Shown one piece after another: positions 24,980 through 36,700 of a stretch of 64,000 nt of DNA (position 1 is its first letter; each line of letters opens with the position of its first letter). This stretch comes from Eremomyces bilateralis CBS 781.70 (lineage: Eukaryota), in assembly GCA_010015585.1 (NCBI GenBank), contig ML975159.1. One strand, 5' to 3'. The notes beneath the pieces were generated by a model that was not told the origin of the DNA, made no database searches, and saw only the letters and a list, made by a program, of their open reading frames with translations. Made by a program: the position numbers and the translations under genes.

Positions 24980-26716
24980 ATGGATAGCAACGACGCTATC
25001 GAGAATGAGTCGGAGGCCCTCCGCCAATTCCTGCCCGGTGGGTTTGGAAAGCAGATAACCACTGTTAATGTCGAGGCTCAATTTGAGCAGTCACGGCGAA
25101 TAGTTCAAATCACAGGGAAAGGGCAATCACGGAAGCCGAAGCCTCCATCTCGTGATTCAGATGAGGATGAGGACGATTCCGACGAGGATGACGAAGATGA
25201 GGAAGACGAGTTTCCCGTCTCCCACGAGCTTCTGGTCAAGACGCACGAGAAGGCTGTCACATCAATGGCATTGGATACGTCAGGTTCGAGGCTTATCACG
25301 GGGTCATTAGATTGTACATTGAAGCTTCATGACTTTTCTTCAATGACACCTACTACTGTTCGCGCATTCAAGTCCGTTGATCCTACAGCCACCAAGGCCT
25401 CTGCAAGTTCAGAGACACACCCTATTCATTATGTCGCTTTCAACCCCTTTGCACCGAGTCAAATGTTGGTCGTCTCCGCCACATCCCAACCAAGGATCCT
25501 AGATCGAGATGGCGAAGTGCTCACAGAGTTTGTCAAAGGAGACATGTACCTGCGAGACATGCACCACACAAATGGTCATACCGCAGAAATCACAGGCGGT
25601 GCATGGCATCCGACAAATGCAGAGTCGTTCGTCACTTCCAGCGCAGATGGCACATTGCGTATCTGGGACGTTAACAACAAGCGCAAGCAGAAGGAGGTAA
25701 TCGTTTTCCGTTCGAAAGCACCTGGGTCTGCTGGACGGACGAAGATGACGGCAGTATGCTGGGGTGCTACACCGGATGGAGGCCAAAGTAACCTAGTCGC
25801 TTCCGCGCTTGATGGTTCTTTGGTTATGTACAGCGGAAACGGGCCGCATACGCGACCAGCCGCCGAGATCAGAGATGCACATACACCTGGAACTTGGACG
25901 AGTGGACTTGACATCAGCTCGGATGGAAGACTCGTGGTCACAAGAGGAGGCGACGACACTATCAAGCTTTGGGATACGCGTAATTTCAAGCAGCCAGTGA
26001 ACATTGCGAACCACACGTCAACCTCCACAACATTCCCTACAAGCAACATCCGATTTTCTCCCACCTCCGCGAACGTCATCACCGGCTCCGAAACGGGGGA
26101 CCTATATATCCTCAATCCCGCCACGCTCAGACCCGAGCTGGTCACTCCAGTCACCCCAGGCTCGCCACTCATCACCGTCCAATGGCACAGCAAGCTCAAC
26201 CAGATTCTCACCGGCTCTGCCAACTCCGAAGTCCATGTTCTATTCAACCCGACCCTCTCCACCGCCGGCGCCAAATCCGTCATGATGCGCGCCCCCAAAC
26301 GTCGCCACATCGACGACGACCCCAACAACGTCATGGACCTCAGCCAAGGCCTCTCCAGCGACGCGATCGTCGCTCCAGGCGGCATGAAATCCGGTTCCCA
26401 ATCCGCCATGTCATTCGCGGCACGGCATCCGAACGTCGGGCTCACGGCATCTGGGCGTTCGAGAGATCCGAGGAGACCGCATATCCCCGACACGACACCG
26501 GGCTCAAAAACCCAGCCGGATGAGCAGCATATCAAGAATAGCATACCGCTTAGCGCAATGCGGGATGAGGATCCCAGGGAGGCACTGATGAAATATGCGG
26601 ATAAGGCGAAGAATGATCCGATGTTTACGAAGGCATGGAAGGAGACGCAGCCGAAGACGATTTATGCGGATTTGAGCGATGAGGAGGAGCCGGAGAAGAA
26701 GAAGGCGAAGAGGTGA
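24980..26716 (+). CDS. WD40-repeat protein, WDR70/Gad-1 family
   Basis: Single 578-aa ORF with FVKGDMYLRDMHHTNGH, DGTLRIWD, RGGDDTIKLWD, EDPREAL and AWKETQPKTIY, plus a C-terminal NLS KKKAKR. Confidence 0.9.
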   Translation: MDSNDAIENESEALRQFLPGGFGKQITTVNVEAQFEQSRRIVQITGKGQSRKPKPPSRDSDEDEDDSDEDDEDEEDEFPVSHELLVKTHEKAVTSMALDTSGSRLITGSLDCTLKLHDFSSMTPTTVRAFKSVDPTATKASASSETHPIHYVAFNPFAPSQMLVVSATSQPRILDRDGEVLTEFVKGDMYLRDMHHTNGHTAEITGGAWHPTNAESFVTSSADGTLRIWDVNNKRKQKEVIVFRSKAPGSAGRTKMTAVCWGATPDGGQSNLVASALDGSLVMYSGNGPHTRPAAEIRDAHTPGTWTSGLDISSDGRLVVTRGGDDTIKLWDTRNFKQPVNIANHTSTSTTFPTSNIRFSPTSANVITGSETGDLYILNPATLRPELVTPVTPGSPLITVQWHSKLNQILTGSANSEVHVLFNPTLSTAGAKSVMMRAPKRRHIDDDPNNVMDLSQGLSSDAIVAPGGMKSGSQSAMSFAARHPNVGLTASGRSRDPRRPHIPDTTPGSKTQPDEQHIKNSIPLSAMRDEDPREALMKYADKAKNDPMFTKAWKETQPKTIYADLSDEEEPEKKKAKR

Positions 26717-26988
26717 GGGGGTGTCGGAATGCGTGGAAGCGACATATCGGGCGAAGTCGCCGGTTTGTTCGGATGAGAGGGTAGGATCTGCGCAAGCCGC
26801 ATGGAGGTGGACAGAATGTGGAGAAGGGGAGAGTCAATATGGTCACCGTTGCGTCCTGTAATACAGGTAGCTTCTCCCTTCCCATCTGGATATATATCCT
26901 TGAAGCGGACTAGAGCTATCCTAGTGCAAGGATGTCTCGAGGCAATACGCAAATTGGGCGATTGGACCAGGGAAGCTGCTAACGGAGC

Positions 26989-27718
26989 TCATGAAGGTGC
27001 TGAAAGAACCTCTCTCTGTAACAAACCGCGGTTAGAAATACTCAAATCCCATCTACGGGTACTTGCTTACCACAAACGACTCCAACCCTCGCTCAAACAA
27101 CTCGTTTGCAACACCCATTCCCCCGGGATGCTCTGCTGGCGACAGCGGATTCTTCACCACATACTCGATATACAGATTCAGCCAGATCTGATGAAGCGCA
27201 GCCCGTAGATTCCCGGTGCGCGTATCCGTCAGCATGACAAACTTCAGCCGTGTCAGCGTCTCGAAGTAGTGGAGTTTATATTCGTTGGTGCGGAAGTTCA
27301 TGAAGCTAGAGTATCGCGTTTGTCAGCTCTGTATTCGTATGCTGATCTAGCCGTGTCGACGACCATGCCGTGACCAATCGCGCAATTATAGCGCATTTGA
27401 TTGCGACGTACAAATTGTCTTCTCCCCCGAGGTTCCGACACATGTTCCGCAACGAGAACACGACGCCGAACACAAGCTTCTCGTCATCGGATTTCTGGTT
27501 CGTTCGGCGGGTGAGTGGTTGTGCGGATTCGCCGTTGGTGGCTGCGCTGGAGGTGGATTGTGGTCGTGGCTTCGCAGTCGAAGCGGCCACAGGAGGGGGC
27601 CATTTCTTGCTGTAGATGCATTCGGCTTGAAGAGCCCATTAGTATTCTGGAATATGCGAAAGGTGGGTGTGCTGGACGTACTGTGCCGGTCGAATATATA
27701 GAACGCGTAGACGACCAT
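26989..27718 (-). CDS. BET5: TRAPP complex subunit Bet5 (TRAPPC1), multi-exon
   Basis: MVVYAFYIFDRH, DDEKLVFGVVFSLRNM, FRTNEYKLHYFETLTRLKFVMLTD and LYIEYVVKNPLSP. Confidence 0.92.
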
Positions 27719-28099
27719 GATGTGAACGTGTCCTGTGAGATAGGCTTCGGACAATATGAAGGAGTCAATGGGTATAAATAAACAGTAGCCGGACAAGAGT
27801 CTTCGAAATCTAGGGCTTCCGCTATGTGTATGCCTTTCGCAAGTATGCGGAATTAGAGAAAGGAGCGAACGATGTTAAAGGGGACCGGAGGATCTTGGAA
27901 TTCCGCAAGGATTATCGGCTTTGGCGGGGGAAACTAAAAGGTCGAGAACAATGCGATGCAGTCCTATGAATATTGGCGCTTAAAAATGCCGTCTCTTATA
28001 CCGTAACCTAATAGTGAACGTTATTTGGCCCTCCTAGTTTGACTATATATGTCCTGTTACGTTTATCCAGGACGTATCTGATATCGTCCATATTTCGTC

Positions 28100-30844
28100 A
28101 TGGGTGATACATCAGCCAGCGAGCTTGACCGACCTGGTACACTACCACCCGCATCACCAGTTCCGCTCGCCCATCCACCTCAAGTCAGCAATGTTCGAGT
28201 GCAGAGAACAGAGCAATCCAAGTCTACACAAGATTCGCAGCCCACAGAGCGGATCCATTCGCAGGGAGAAGCCCGGATATTACATCCCTCAGGCAGCGCC
28301 TCGCTGGCTGTTCCTACAACCAGGGACGATGACCACCGTCCCGTGATACGGCATACGTGAGTGTTTATCACATATATTGGTCAGATCGGACGGGAATTGA
28401 TTCTTGTTATAGATCCGAGCCCACATTCCACAGCCCCTTACGGCAACACCGGCGACATGTATCGTCAACAAGGAGAATCAAGGTGCGATACCACCTTCCT
28501 ACGATGCAGCATGTCGTCTAATGCGATATAGGAGACGCTCAATGCCAGATCGGAGCACGAAAGCAGCGGCGAAGACGGAACTGTACAACATCGAATCAAC
28601 CAATATATCATAGAGCAAGAGATTGGGCGTGGATCGTTCGGTTCTGTACATTATGCGATTGATCAATTTGGGAATGAATATGTGAGCGCCCCCTTGTTCG
28701 AAGTATCTTTTGTTTTGCTACAGGCATCTGCGGCATGGGGTAACCATAGACGGAAGTGTTTGGCAAATAGGTTGGCTAATGCTTAGAGTACAGGCTGTCA
28801 AGGAGTTCTCGAAGTCGAGGCTACGAAGGCGGAAGCAATCGAATCTGTTACGAAGACCCAGAGGACCACATGCCCGCCGAGGGTTCAACCTGCCGTTTGG
28901 TCATTCTCAGAAGGGGGATCCGAATTCCCTCGATCTAATTCGGGAAGAGATTGCCATCATGAAGAAGTTGAATCATCACAACTTGGTGTCCCTTGTGGAA
29001 GTTCTGGACGCCCCGGAAGAAGACTCGTTGTACATGGTTATGGAGATGTGCAAGAAAGGGGTCGTGATGCAAGTTGGGTTGGACGAGGTAGCTGACCCGT
29101 ATGACTCAGAGACATGCAGATGTTGGTTCAGAGACATGATCTTGGGCATCGAATATCGTGAGCCAACAGTACCCTCGCATAAAGTACTCCGCTAATACTT
29201 GGACCTAGTCCACGCTCAAGGAGTCATACACAGAGACATTAAACCAGACAACTGCCTGATCGATAAGGACGACGTTCTAAAAATCGTCGACTTCGGCGTG
29301 TCCGAAATGTTCGAGAAAGACCGGGAAATGAAAACCTCAAAGTCTGCAGGATCTCCGGCGTTCATGCCACCCGAGCTATGCGTGCCGAAGCATGGCGAAG
29401 TGTCAGGGCAGGCAGCCGACATATGGTCCATGGGTATCACACTATATTGCCTGCGGTATGGCAAAATTCCTTTTGAGAAAGGAGGGGTTTTGGAACTGTA
29501 CGATGCAATTCGAGATGATCAGGTTGAACTTGGCGACGACTGTGATAAAGACTTCCGTAACATGATGAATTGGATACTCGACAAAGACCCAGCGAAGCGG
29601 ATAACCATGGATGAGCTTAGAGTAAGTCGCATATCATCTTAAGGCTAGCGAAGCATTAATTCGTATAGGAACATCCATGGGTCACGAAACGAGGAGTAGA
29701 CCCCTTACTACCGAAGGAGGAAAACATAGCGACTATGATTGAGGATCCGACAGAGGAGGAATGGAATGCTGCCATCACGGGAAACATGACACATCTTCTC
29801 ACCGTGATGAAGGCAGCAAAGCACTTTAAGAAACTCCTTTTTCGGAAACGCCCCGAACTCATGGAAGGCATCTTCGGCCGCGCCTCACATATCGTCCAGC
29901 CCCCCCTCTCGATCGGTGCAACTGATCGGAGACGGAAGTCGAAAAGTATGGATGTGGACGACCGCGTTGCCGTGGCGGCGGCGCTCGCCACAGAAGGCGT
30001 GCATCGGGACATCATCATTTCGGACGATCTGAAGCGAATGCCGAATGAAGCGGATAGAATCGCAGCAGTAACTCGATTGGAGGAGGAACGGCACAAAGAA
30101 AGCGCAAAGCCACTTCTTGGTTCGGAAGACGCGAGAACATCCGTACCTCCAGAGGGGTCTTCTTCAATTACTGCAACGTCAAGGGAAACTTCACGGCAGA
30201 CGTCGAAATCAAGGGATCAAGATGAAGCATTGTATCCTCCACGACAAGAGAGACCACATGGTAAAGGCCATGCGCACGATTTGCTTGAAGATCTCCTCTT
30301 TCTGAACATCGGTCCCGGGCTTCACTACACCGAGCCTACCCCAGGGCTGGACCAGCCCATGAGCAACGCTCCAATCTCTAGCAGCCCATCGTCCACCTCA
30401 CTCCCCTCAACCATCCCTCATGTACGCTCCAGCCACATCCGCATCCTCTCCGACTCCCCTCCCTCCACCGATTTCAACATCTACGAAGATGCCTACCACA
30501 AAGAAGTCACTCGCATCCTCCAAGACCGCCGCGATCGCCAACCGCGGCTCTACCTGACGCGCCGCGTCGAGGCGAGCAAACGGCTGCGAGAAGATCGGGA
30601 GTTGGCGAAGACCTTCGTGAGTGAGGTGGCGGAGAAGAGCAAGAGCTTGTTGAGCGAGGCGCTAGGGAGGCGGAAAGGGGCAGGTGGGGATGCGGGGAAC
30701 GGCGGTGATGGGATGGCAGAGGCGGTGGAGCAGGTGAAGAGGAAGGCGAGGGAGGACGTACAGGCTGGGGTTGCGGATGGACGGGATGGGGTGGTGAAGG
30801 CGGAGCAATCAGGAGACTCTATAATGGAGGATGTCCAGCCGTAG
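28100..30844 (+). CDS. Calcium/calmodulin-dependent protein kinase kinase (CmkC/Ssp1-like), multi-exon
   Basis: INQYIIEQEIGRGSFG, AVKEFSKSRLR, IREEIAIMKKLNH, HRDIKPDN, KIVDFGVSE, AGSPAFMPPE and HPWVT. Confidence 0.9.
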
Positions 30845-33525
30845 GCGACGTGGTGAGGGAGTATTTTTATATGCTACATTCTAGCAGCAAGTGAGCGGAA
30901 TGAGCGGAATGCAAAAACGCATCAACAACGCGGGTATTGAGTAGATCTACTACCCCTACATCATGAATACCTATACTGATATTGCTTTCAAGTTCACGTT
31001 AGTCACTCACCATGACCAGACAGATTACTTCGGCCCCAGAGTCGCACGAAACACTGATACCAACTGGGCCCAGCAACGCTTCTACGATATTTGAGCTACT
31101 CTTTGTCGCCATGTCCCCCTCAGGCTGTGTCTATGTCTATGCCATCAATGTGATGCATTCCTCCTAAGGTCTCCTGGCATGAGCTGACCGTCGACAGCAC
31201 TTATTCAGCCATCGTTATCGATGGGCCGGTATTGGTGCTGAATTCGGTGGATCGCCACTGAACTCACTGACAGGTATCCATCTTCTCCCGTCCCGTCCCT
31301 GAAACGATGAGATGCATGAACTACACAGGGCCATGTTTGAACCGTCCATGGTATAAACGGGCCCCAAAAAAGTGTCGTCGTCTGCTCTATGAAGGGGAAA
31401 TCTGCAACACCGCTCCTCGTTGTGACCCGGCCCCTCATAGTGTACTGAAGTTCAAAGCCTAGTGAATTCCGCAGCGGAAATGAATTTCCTCGAGACGAAC
31501 TATGGTAAGGCGAGGAGCCCGGATAGTGAGCGGCATGCTATTCTAGTACTGTATATTCAATGCAACTAAACATTGACTATGACAAATACCAAGAAGCTGC
31601 TCTGGGGAGGCTCGAGTTGTGTGCTCAGGGGATAGAGGACTGTATGTCACTAAATCTTATCAAACCGGGAAATGAATCTCTCGTGTGTCATCATACAATG
31701 AGTCGATCCAATCGGACAATCCATGCGATTCGCAATAGATCAGTCGCCCCTGCCCGTCAACGCGGGTGATTTGATGAAGTCCAGGGACTCATTCGTGAAC
31801 TGATTACCCCTGGAGATTGCGTGGAGGGAAGCTTTATGGGTGGTGAAGGAAATGTCTCAGAATCAGCAGGCCCGGCCAACAAGAAATATCTTGACAGGTA
31901 ATATGAATTGACGGAAGAATAACGGAGACCTTGTATAGTGATAGATTGAGTGGGAGAAGCGGCACAGCATCTCGTCACTCGGACTCCGCTCCTGAAGAGG
32001 AAATCTCGATGTACGGATAGTCACATGCCAGGATTCGGGTTTACGCTTTATACGTCGTTCACAGGATGAAATAGGTAGATTAATCTATAATAGACGGTAG
32101 CAGGATGATGAATGGATCATAGTCGTTGTTCAATCAAGAATACGTATCAAGACATATTGGTATCACACATCATGCGGGAAGATGGAGGCTAGGTCAAGCA
32201 GCCGATGTAGCAGGCTTCTCCCTACCCTCATCTTTCCGGAACGATGGTTCGATCGAATATTGCAGCGAGTGACGTCTGGGATCAACTGCGAGGACCAATT
32301 ATGATCACACTGGGTTGAATTGCGCCTTCTTCATTATATAAGTCTGTCTCGGATGTAATGCACAGTAGTATGATAACATCTCTAAAAATCCTGAGGATGT
32401 TATCGTTCTTGGGTTTAGGGACTGGATTTGGCATGTCTTCGCATGTCCTCCGGGAATTCAGATATAAAGTGTTCATCATGGTGATTCTCAAGTCGAAGTG
32501 ACTCTTGCTTGCTTCCGGAATCCTGATGGATTCCAGTCTTGGACCCAATCAACTCCCAGAACGCTCGCACCAACTGTGATACGATAGTCGCTGCCGCATG
32601 ATACGGATATGCATGCGTCGGAAACTGGAGACAATTGAGTTTGTATCGCCTGGCAGCCTCGTGTCTCCCTACATTCATCCCTGGGCGTCGTAGGGTAAGA
32701 AACGGGTAGCCGGTAGCGTCGAAAGATCTGCGCCTTAGGATGAAGACTCGAAGATGAAAGTCGTGGAGCTAGCGAAGGGGATTTGGTTAGGTTGGCCATT
32801 GGCGGGGCAGTGATGGAGAGTGCTATATTTCCGTATTGGTTGATCTGAAATTTCGTTGGTCTGACGCCTTTTAGGTATGGTACGAGGTAGAGGAGGCAGC
32901 GGTTGACCTAGGAAATGCGCAGCGCCCCATCCCACCGTTCACAATCGATGGACCAGTAACAAATGGTTCGTTAAACTAAGTTAATTAGAATAAGTTAATA
33001 GTAATTACCGGAGGTTCGGGTCCAGACTCCAGAGGTAGTCCATATCCTCACTCCTCTGCGTTCGTATCGCCTGCCCCAAACCCTTCCGGCCATTAGGGTA
33101 ATGGTCTGCCGACATCCGACACCATTGTCGTCGTCCTCTTCGAAGCCACCGACATTTTGTTTAGCCTGTTTGTTTGCCGTTCTCGTTTAAGTATCTACAG
33201 CTGCATTGATCATGATATGGCCATGACCACTGTGCAGACTGTAGTTAACTCGTGGGCCGGAGAAGCGAGGATTAATGTTCCAGAAAGCCCGTTTTCAATG
33301 ATTCTAAACCATCCGCTAACGCAGCCGGGACACCTGGGAGACTGCATGAGGAATGGACAGACCAACGCACGTTTCAGCAAGAGGTCCATGAGAGTTGATC
33401 CAGGCGTTAGTGGATTTGCTGTGACCTGTCGGTCCAAATTCGGGGGGTTGACAACGGGTTTGATTCGTTTACATTTTGGATCTTCTCTAACTGGTGTGCT
33501 CTTGGTGGTTAAACCAACATCGCGT

Positions 33526-33556
33526 TAGCTGGTTTCTCCGGGGAGAAAACCAGCTA
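33526..33556. repeat. Short near-perfect inverted repeat (14/15-bp arms)
   Basis: tagctggtttctcc-gg-ggagaaaaccagcta, with one extra A in the right arm. Confidence 0.7.
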
Positions 33557-33729
33557 GTCAGAGGCCAATCCAATCCTCAATTCTCATAGCGTCACCGAAC
33601 CGCTGTCCGGGAATTCGTCCTCTTTCTGGAATCCTTTGGCTTGAGAATTGAGACCCTTAGCTCTCCTCTCTACCCTCATGCCCTGTACGAAGTCCAGAGT
33701 CCAGACACTCTGCAGTGTATGACATGATA

Positions 33730-33770
33730 GTTGCGCGTTGCGCGTTGCGAATCGCGAATCGCGAATCGCG
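33730..33770. repeat. Compound 7-mer tandem repeat, (GTTGCGC)~3 then (GCGAATC)3
   Basis: Directly visible: gttgcgcgttgcgcgttgcgaatcgcgaatcgcgaatcgcg. Confidence 0.8.
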
Positions 33771-36700
33771 GAGATTGGAACAATATTCAAGCCGTCAAGG
33801 CGCTAATACATACAGAGTACGCACTGCGTAGTAGCATTACGAACAACATAAAGCATTGCGACTTGGAATCCTGGAGGCTGGATGTTTTGGCCTTGTGGGT
33901 GCCGATTCGAGTCATTAATCTTGGCGCAGCTGTGATACGGATGCTGCTTGAGGTTTTGTAGTGACGTTATTGACACTTGTGACTTGACAGGTATGCAATG
34001 CAATATGCATGTCTTTCTGGACCGCTTTATGACGATCAAATCTCCGGGAGCCCAGTTTTCAATAGTGATTCTCCAAAGTCCAAGGACTATCCTTTGTTAG
34101 CGCTTCTACAATCGCAGTCACCATAGCCGATATTCCGGTGGTGCGGAGCTTTTACTCGGCGTCGCCGATCGCAGGCAAGGCTGATGAGTGATGGCTCCTT
34201 TCCTTTCCCATCCCGATTCACTAACTCAAGAGTGGTCTCTCAACTCCATTGGCTATTGCGCACGGCACCCGAGATGCGCACAGTGGCAGAGCGGTGTACA
34301 ACTGTACATAGCATTGTCCAAGCGCCATATAGTCGGCTCACGGACTGAATATCCATAGCAACAAAATTTACCAGTCTTCTTGTCTTCATGAAATCTCCAG
34401 AGCGAGTCTGGCGTCGACAAGAGATCGTCGAATCTAAGGAACGGCGCGAAAGCTGGAGAAACAAGGCCCACACGTGGGTTGTAGAGTGTAGACAGGTCAC
34501 CCGTCACAGATGCCGAGATAGCGTGGCTCCCATGTCGTGTCTGGTGTCAGACCACGTGCATTGTGCAATCTATTTCCCTGTCAGACAGCGCCTTAATGCA
34601 TCGATTATGGTTCATGACGGTGCAGATCGTCTTGCTCGAGCACCTCGCTCTTGCAAGGAAGGAGATCTTGAATCTCAAGATCAAACAGATCCGTCGCCTA
34701 GTCTCTGACTCGGAATTTCCTTTAACTTGACGCCTGGCGGTCTTGACACCGGACAAGATGCCTAATCAAGAGAAATCTCCTAACCGTTTCGATCCTTAAC
34801 TCATCATCTGTTGTACTATGTATAAGCAAATATCCTTAGTCTCAGAAACGGTTGACTGTTGAGCAAATGGGCAATCCACTATTACCGGGCCTTAGACGGG
34901 CTGATATGAGCAAGTGAAGCAGCCATCCCGCCTTCACAGACCACCTAAATATCATTGCATCTGGTGAAGCATCAAACTTTGGCCGGCACCTGATGCGTGA
35001 ACAACACCCGAGCCCATGATTCAGGAAACGTTTTTCCATGAACCTTCGTCATTCACTTCCTCGAGCGGTCACTTTCTCGTTGGATCTTCTGGACTCCAAT
35101 GTCTCTATAGTTTATTATGCCACCTGAAAGACCGTACAGGCATCCTCTGTTCCATAGGATCTATTTAGGGCACCTAGCTGGCCCAACGCTAGTGTTTCAC
35201 GAACAAATTCGCGTACGAGCCCTATTAAGACCCTATTTCAAAGCATTGGGTGTCCAAGGGTTAGGATCACGAAGTCTCAAGTCCCCCGCATTCCAATGAC
35301 TTGGTACTTTCGCGCTAACATATCGATGGAACGCGCGAAGAAGGTGAAAGTCTTGGAAAGCCCGTGGTGTTGCCGTTCCAAGGCGTTCCATCATTGTTGA
35401 GGATTGAGTGCTTGCATTAGTTCGAGCGTTAGCTGCGTATCAACTGCTTGCACCTGCATCCGGCCAGTAAGGGCGAGTTCTCGCTAACTACCTTAGCACT
35501 TGCAGGAGGAAACTGGAGAACAAGCCAGATGAAGCTGTTTCGGCTCCCTCATTCCGGCATCTGTGATGGCACAGCTTGACCGCCAAACAACCAAGGTCAG
35601 CTGCCGTTTGACAGTCCATGTTCTGTCTGTTTGGGAGCTTCATTGCTGCCCTGGAGCCTGGGCACCCCACGTTTCTCATGCCTTGCTTCGTCGGCGTCAC
35701 TCCCGATGCACCGGGTAAGATGACGCGGGTCTGAGTGGACACGCCAGTCTATCCCGCTATGATATGCATCACGACGGCAAGAGTGGAGAATAATGATTGA
35801 GGAGATTCCGAGAATCGAAACCGTGGCGTTTCGATCAAGTCAGCTTTTCGTGGTAGCGAGAAACGCAATCAATTACATGATCGTCTCGGGGATGCTTTTA
35901 CCAAGCTTGTCGATATGTTATCGGTCATAAAAGATTGACGATTGTTCTTCATCACGCCTATACGATACCGAATAACCATACCCCGTAGTACTGCTGCTAT
36001 GCAATTCAACCTCAATCGTCGGCCCTGACATGCCGGGGAGCTCTTCATATGATTTGACGTTACAACTCCAGGAGTGACTGACAAGGTATATCTTCTCTAG
36101 CACGATGCTACGTGACGGGGACGCATTGTTCAAACCATACTCAAGGAATATATAGCAAACGGCCTAGAACGTAGGAACGGGGGGATTATGGATCAAGAAA
36201 CAAGGTGGCTCGGACAATTTGACAGCCCATGCATAGCACCAGAAGTGTCTGACATGTGCTTTTCTCTCCATACTCTTCCCCAACACTGGATTGAATTTAA
36301 ATGAGGACCGAATGAGATTACATCGGTGACTGGAACAGCTCAACGCTGCCAAGAAATGAACCACAACTACTGTATGTAGCTACGCTTTGCATTAAACATG
36401 AACTGATCACTGCTCTGCTCCATCCTCCTGAGCGAACTCGCACTGGTGTTCTTGACAGTTGACATGTCCACACTTACAGAAGGCCCTAGTTAGTCAACAT
36501 TCAGTCCATGCTAGTTTTGTCAAGGGCTCATGTTTGACATAGGTTTACAGTTGGAACGTTTGAAGACTGACAGAAGTGGTACAAGTTGACCTGGCGGGCG
36601 AACATAGTCCTATCGCATGATGAATAGAATCGCAAGCATTCTGTCCTCGCTGCGCTTTATACCAGGCTTCATCTCGCGGGCTGAGCTCGTCGCCGTTGGC

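Noticed and set aside
25576..26544. 322-aa antisense ORF over the WD40 gene, and similar antisense ORFs over PEX3, HAP5, MDH and TRS33
   Set aside because: Reverse-frame shadows of well-supported genes.
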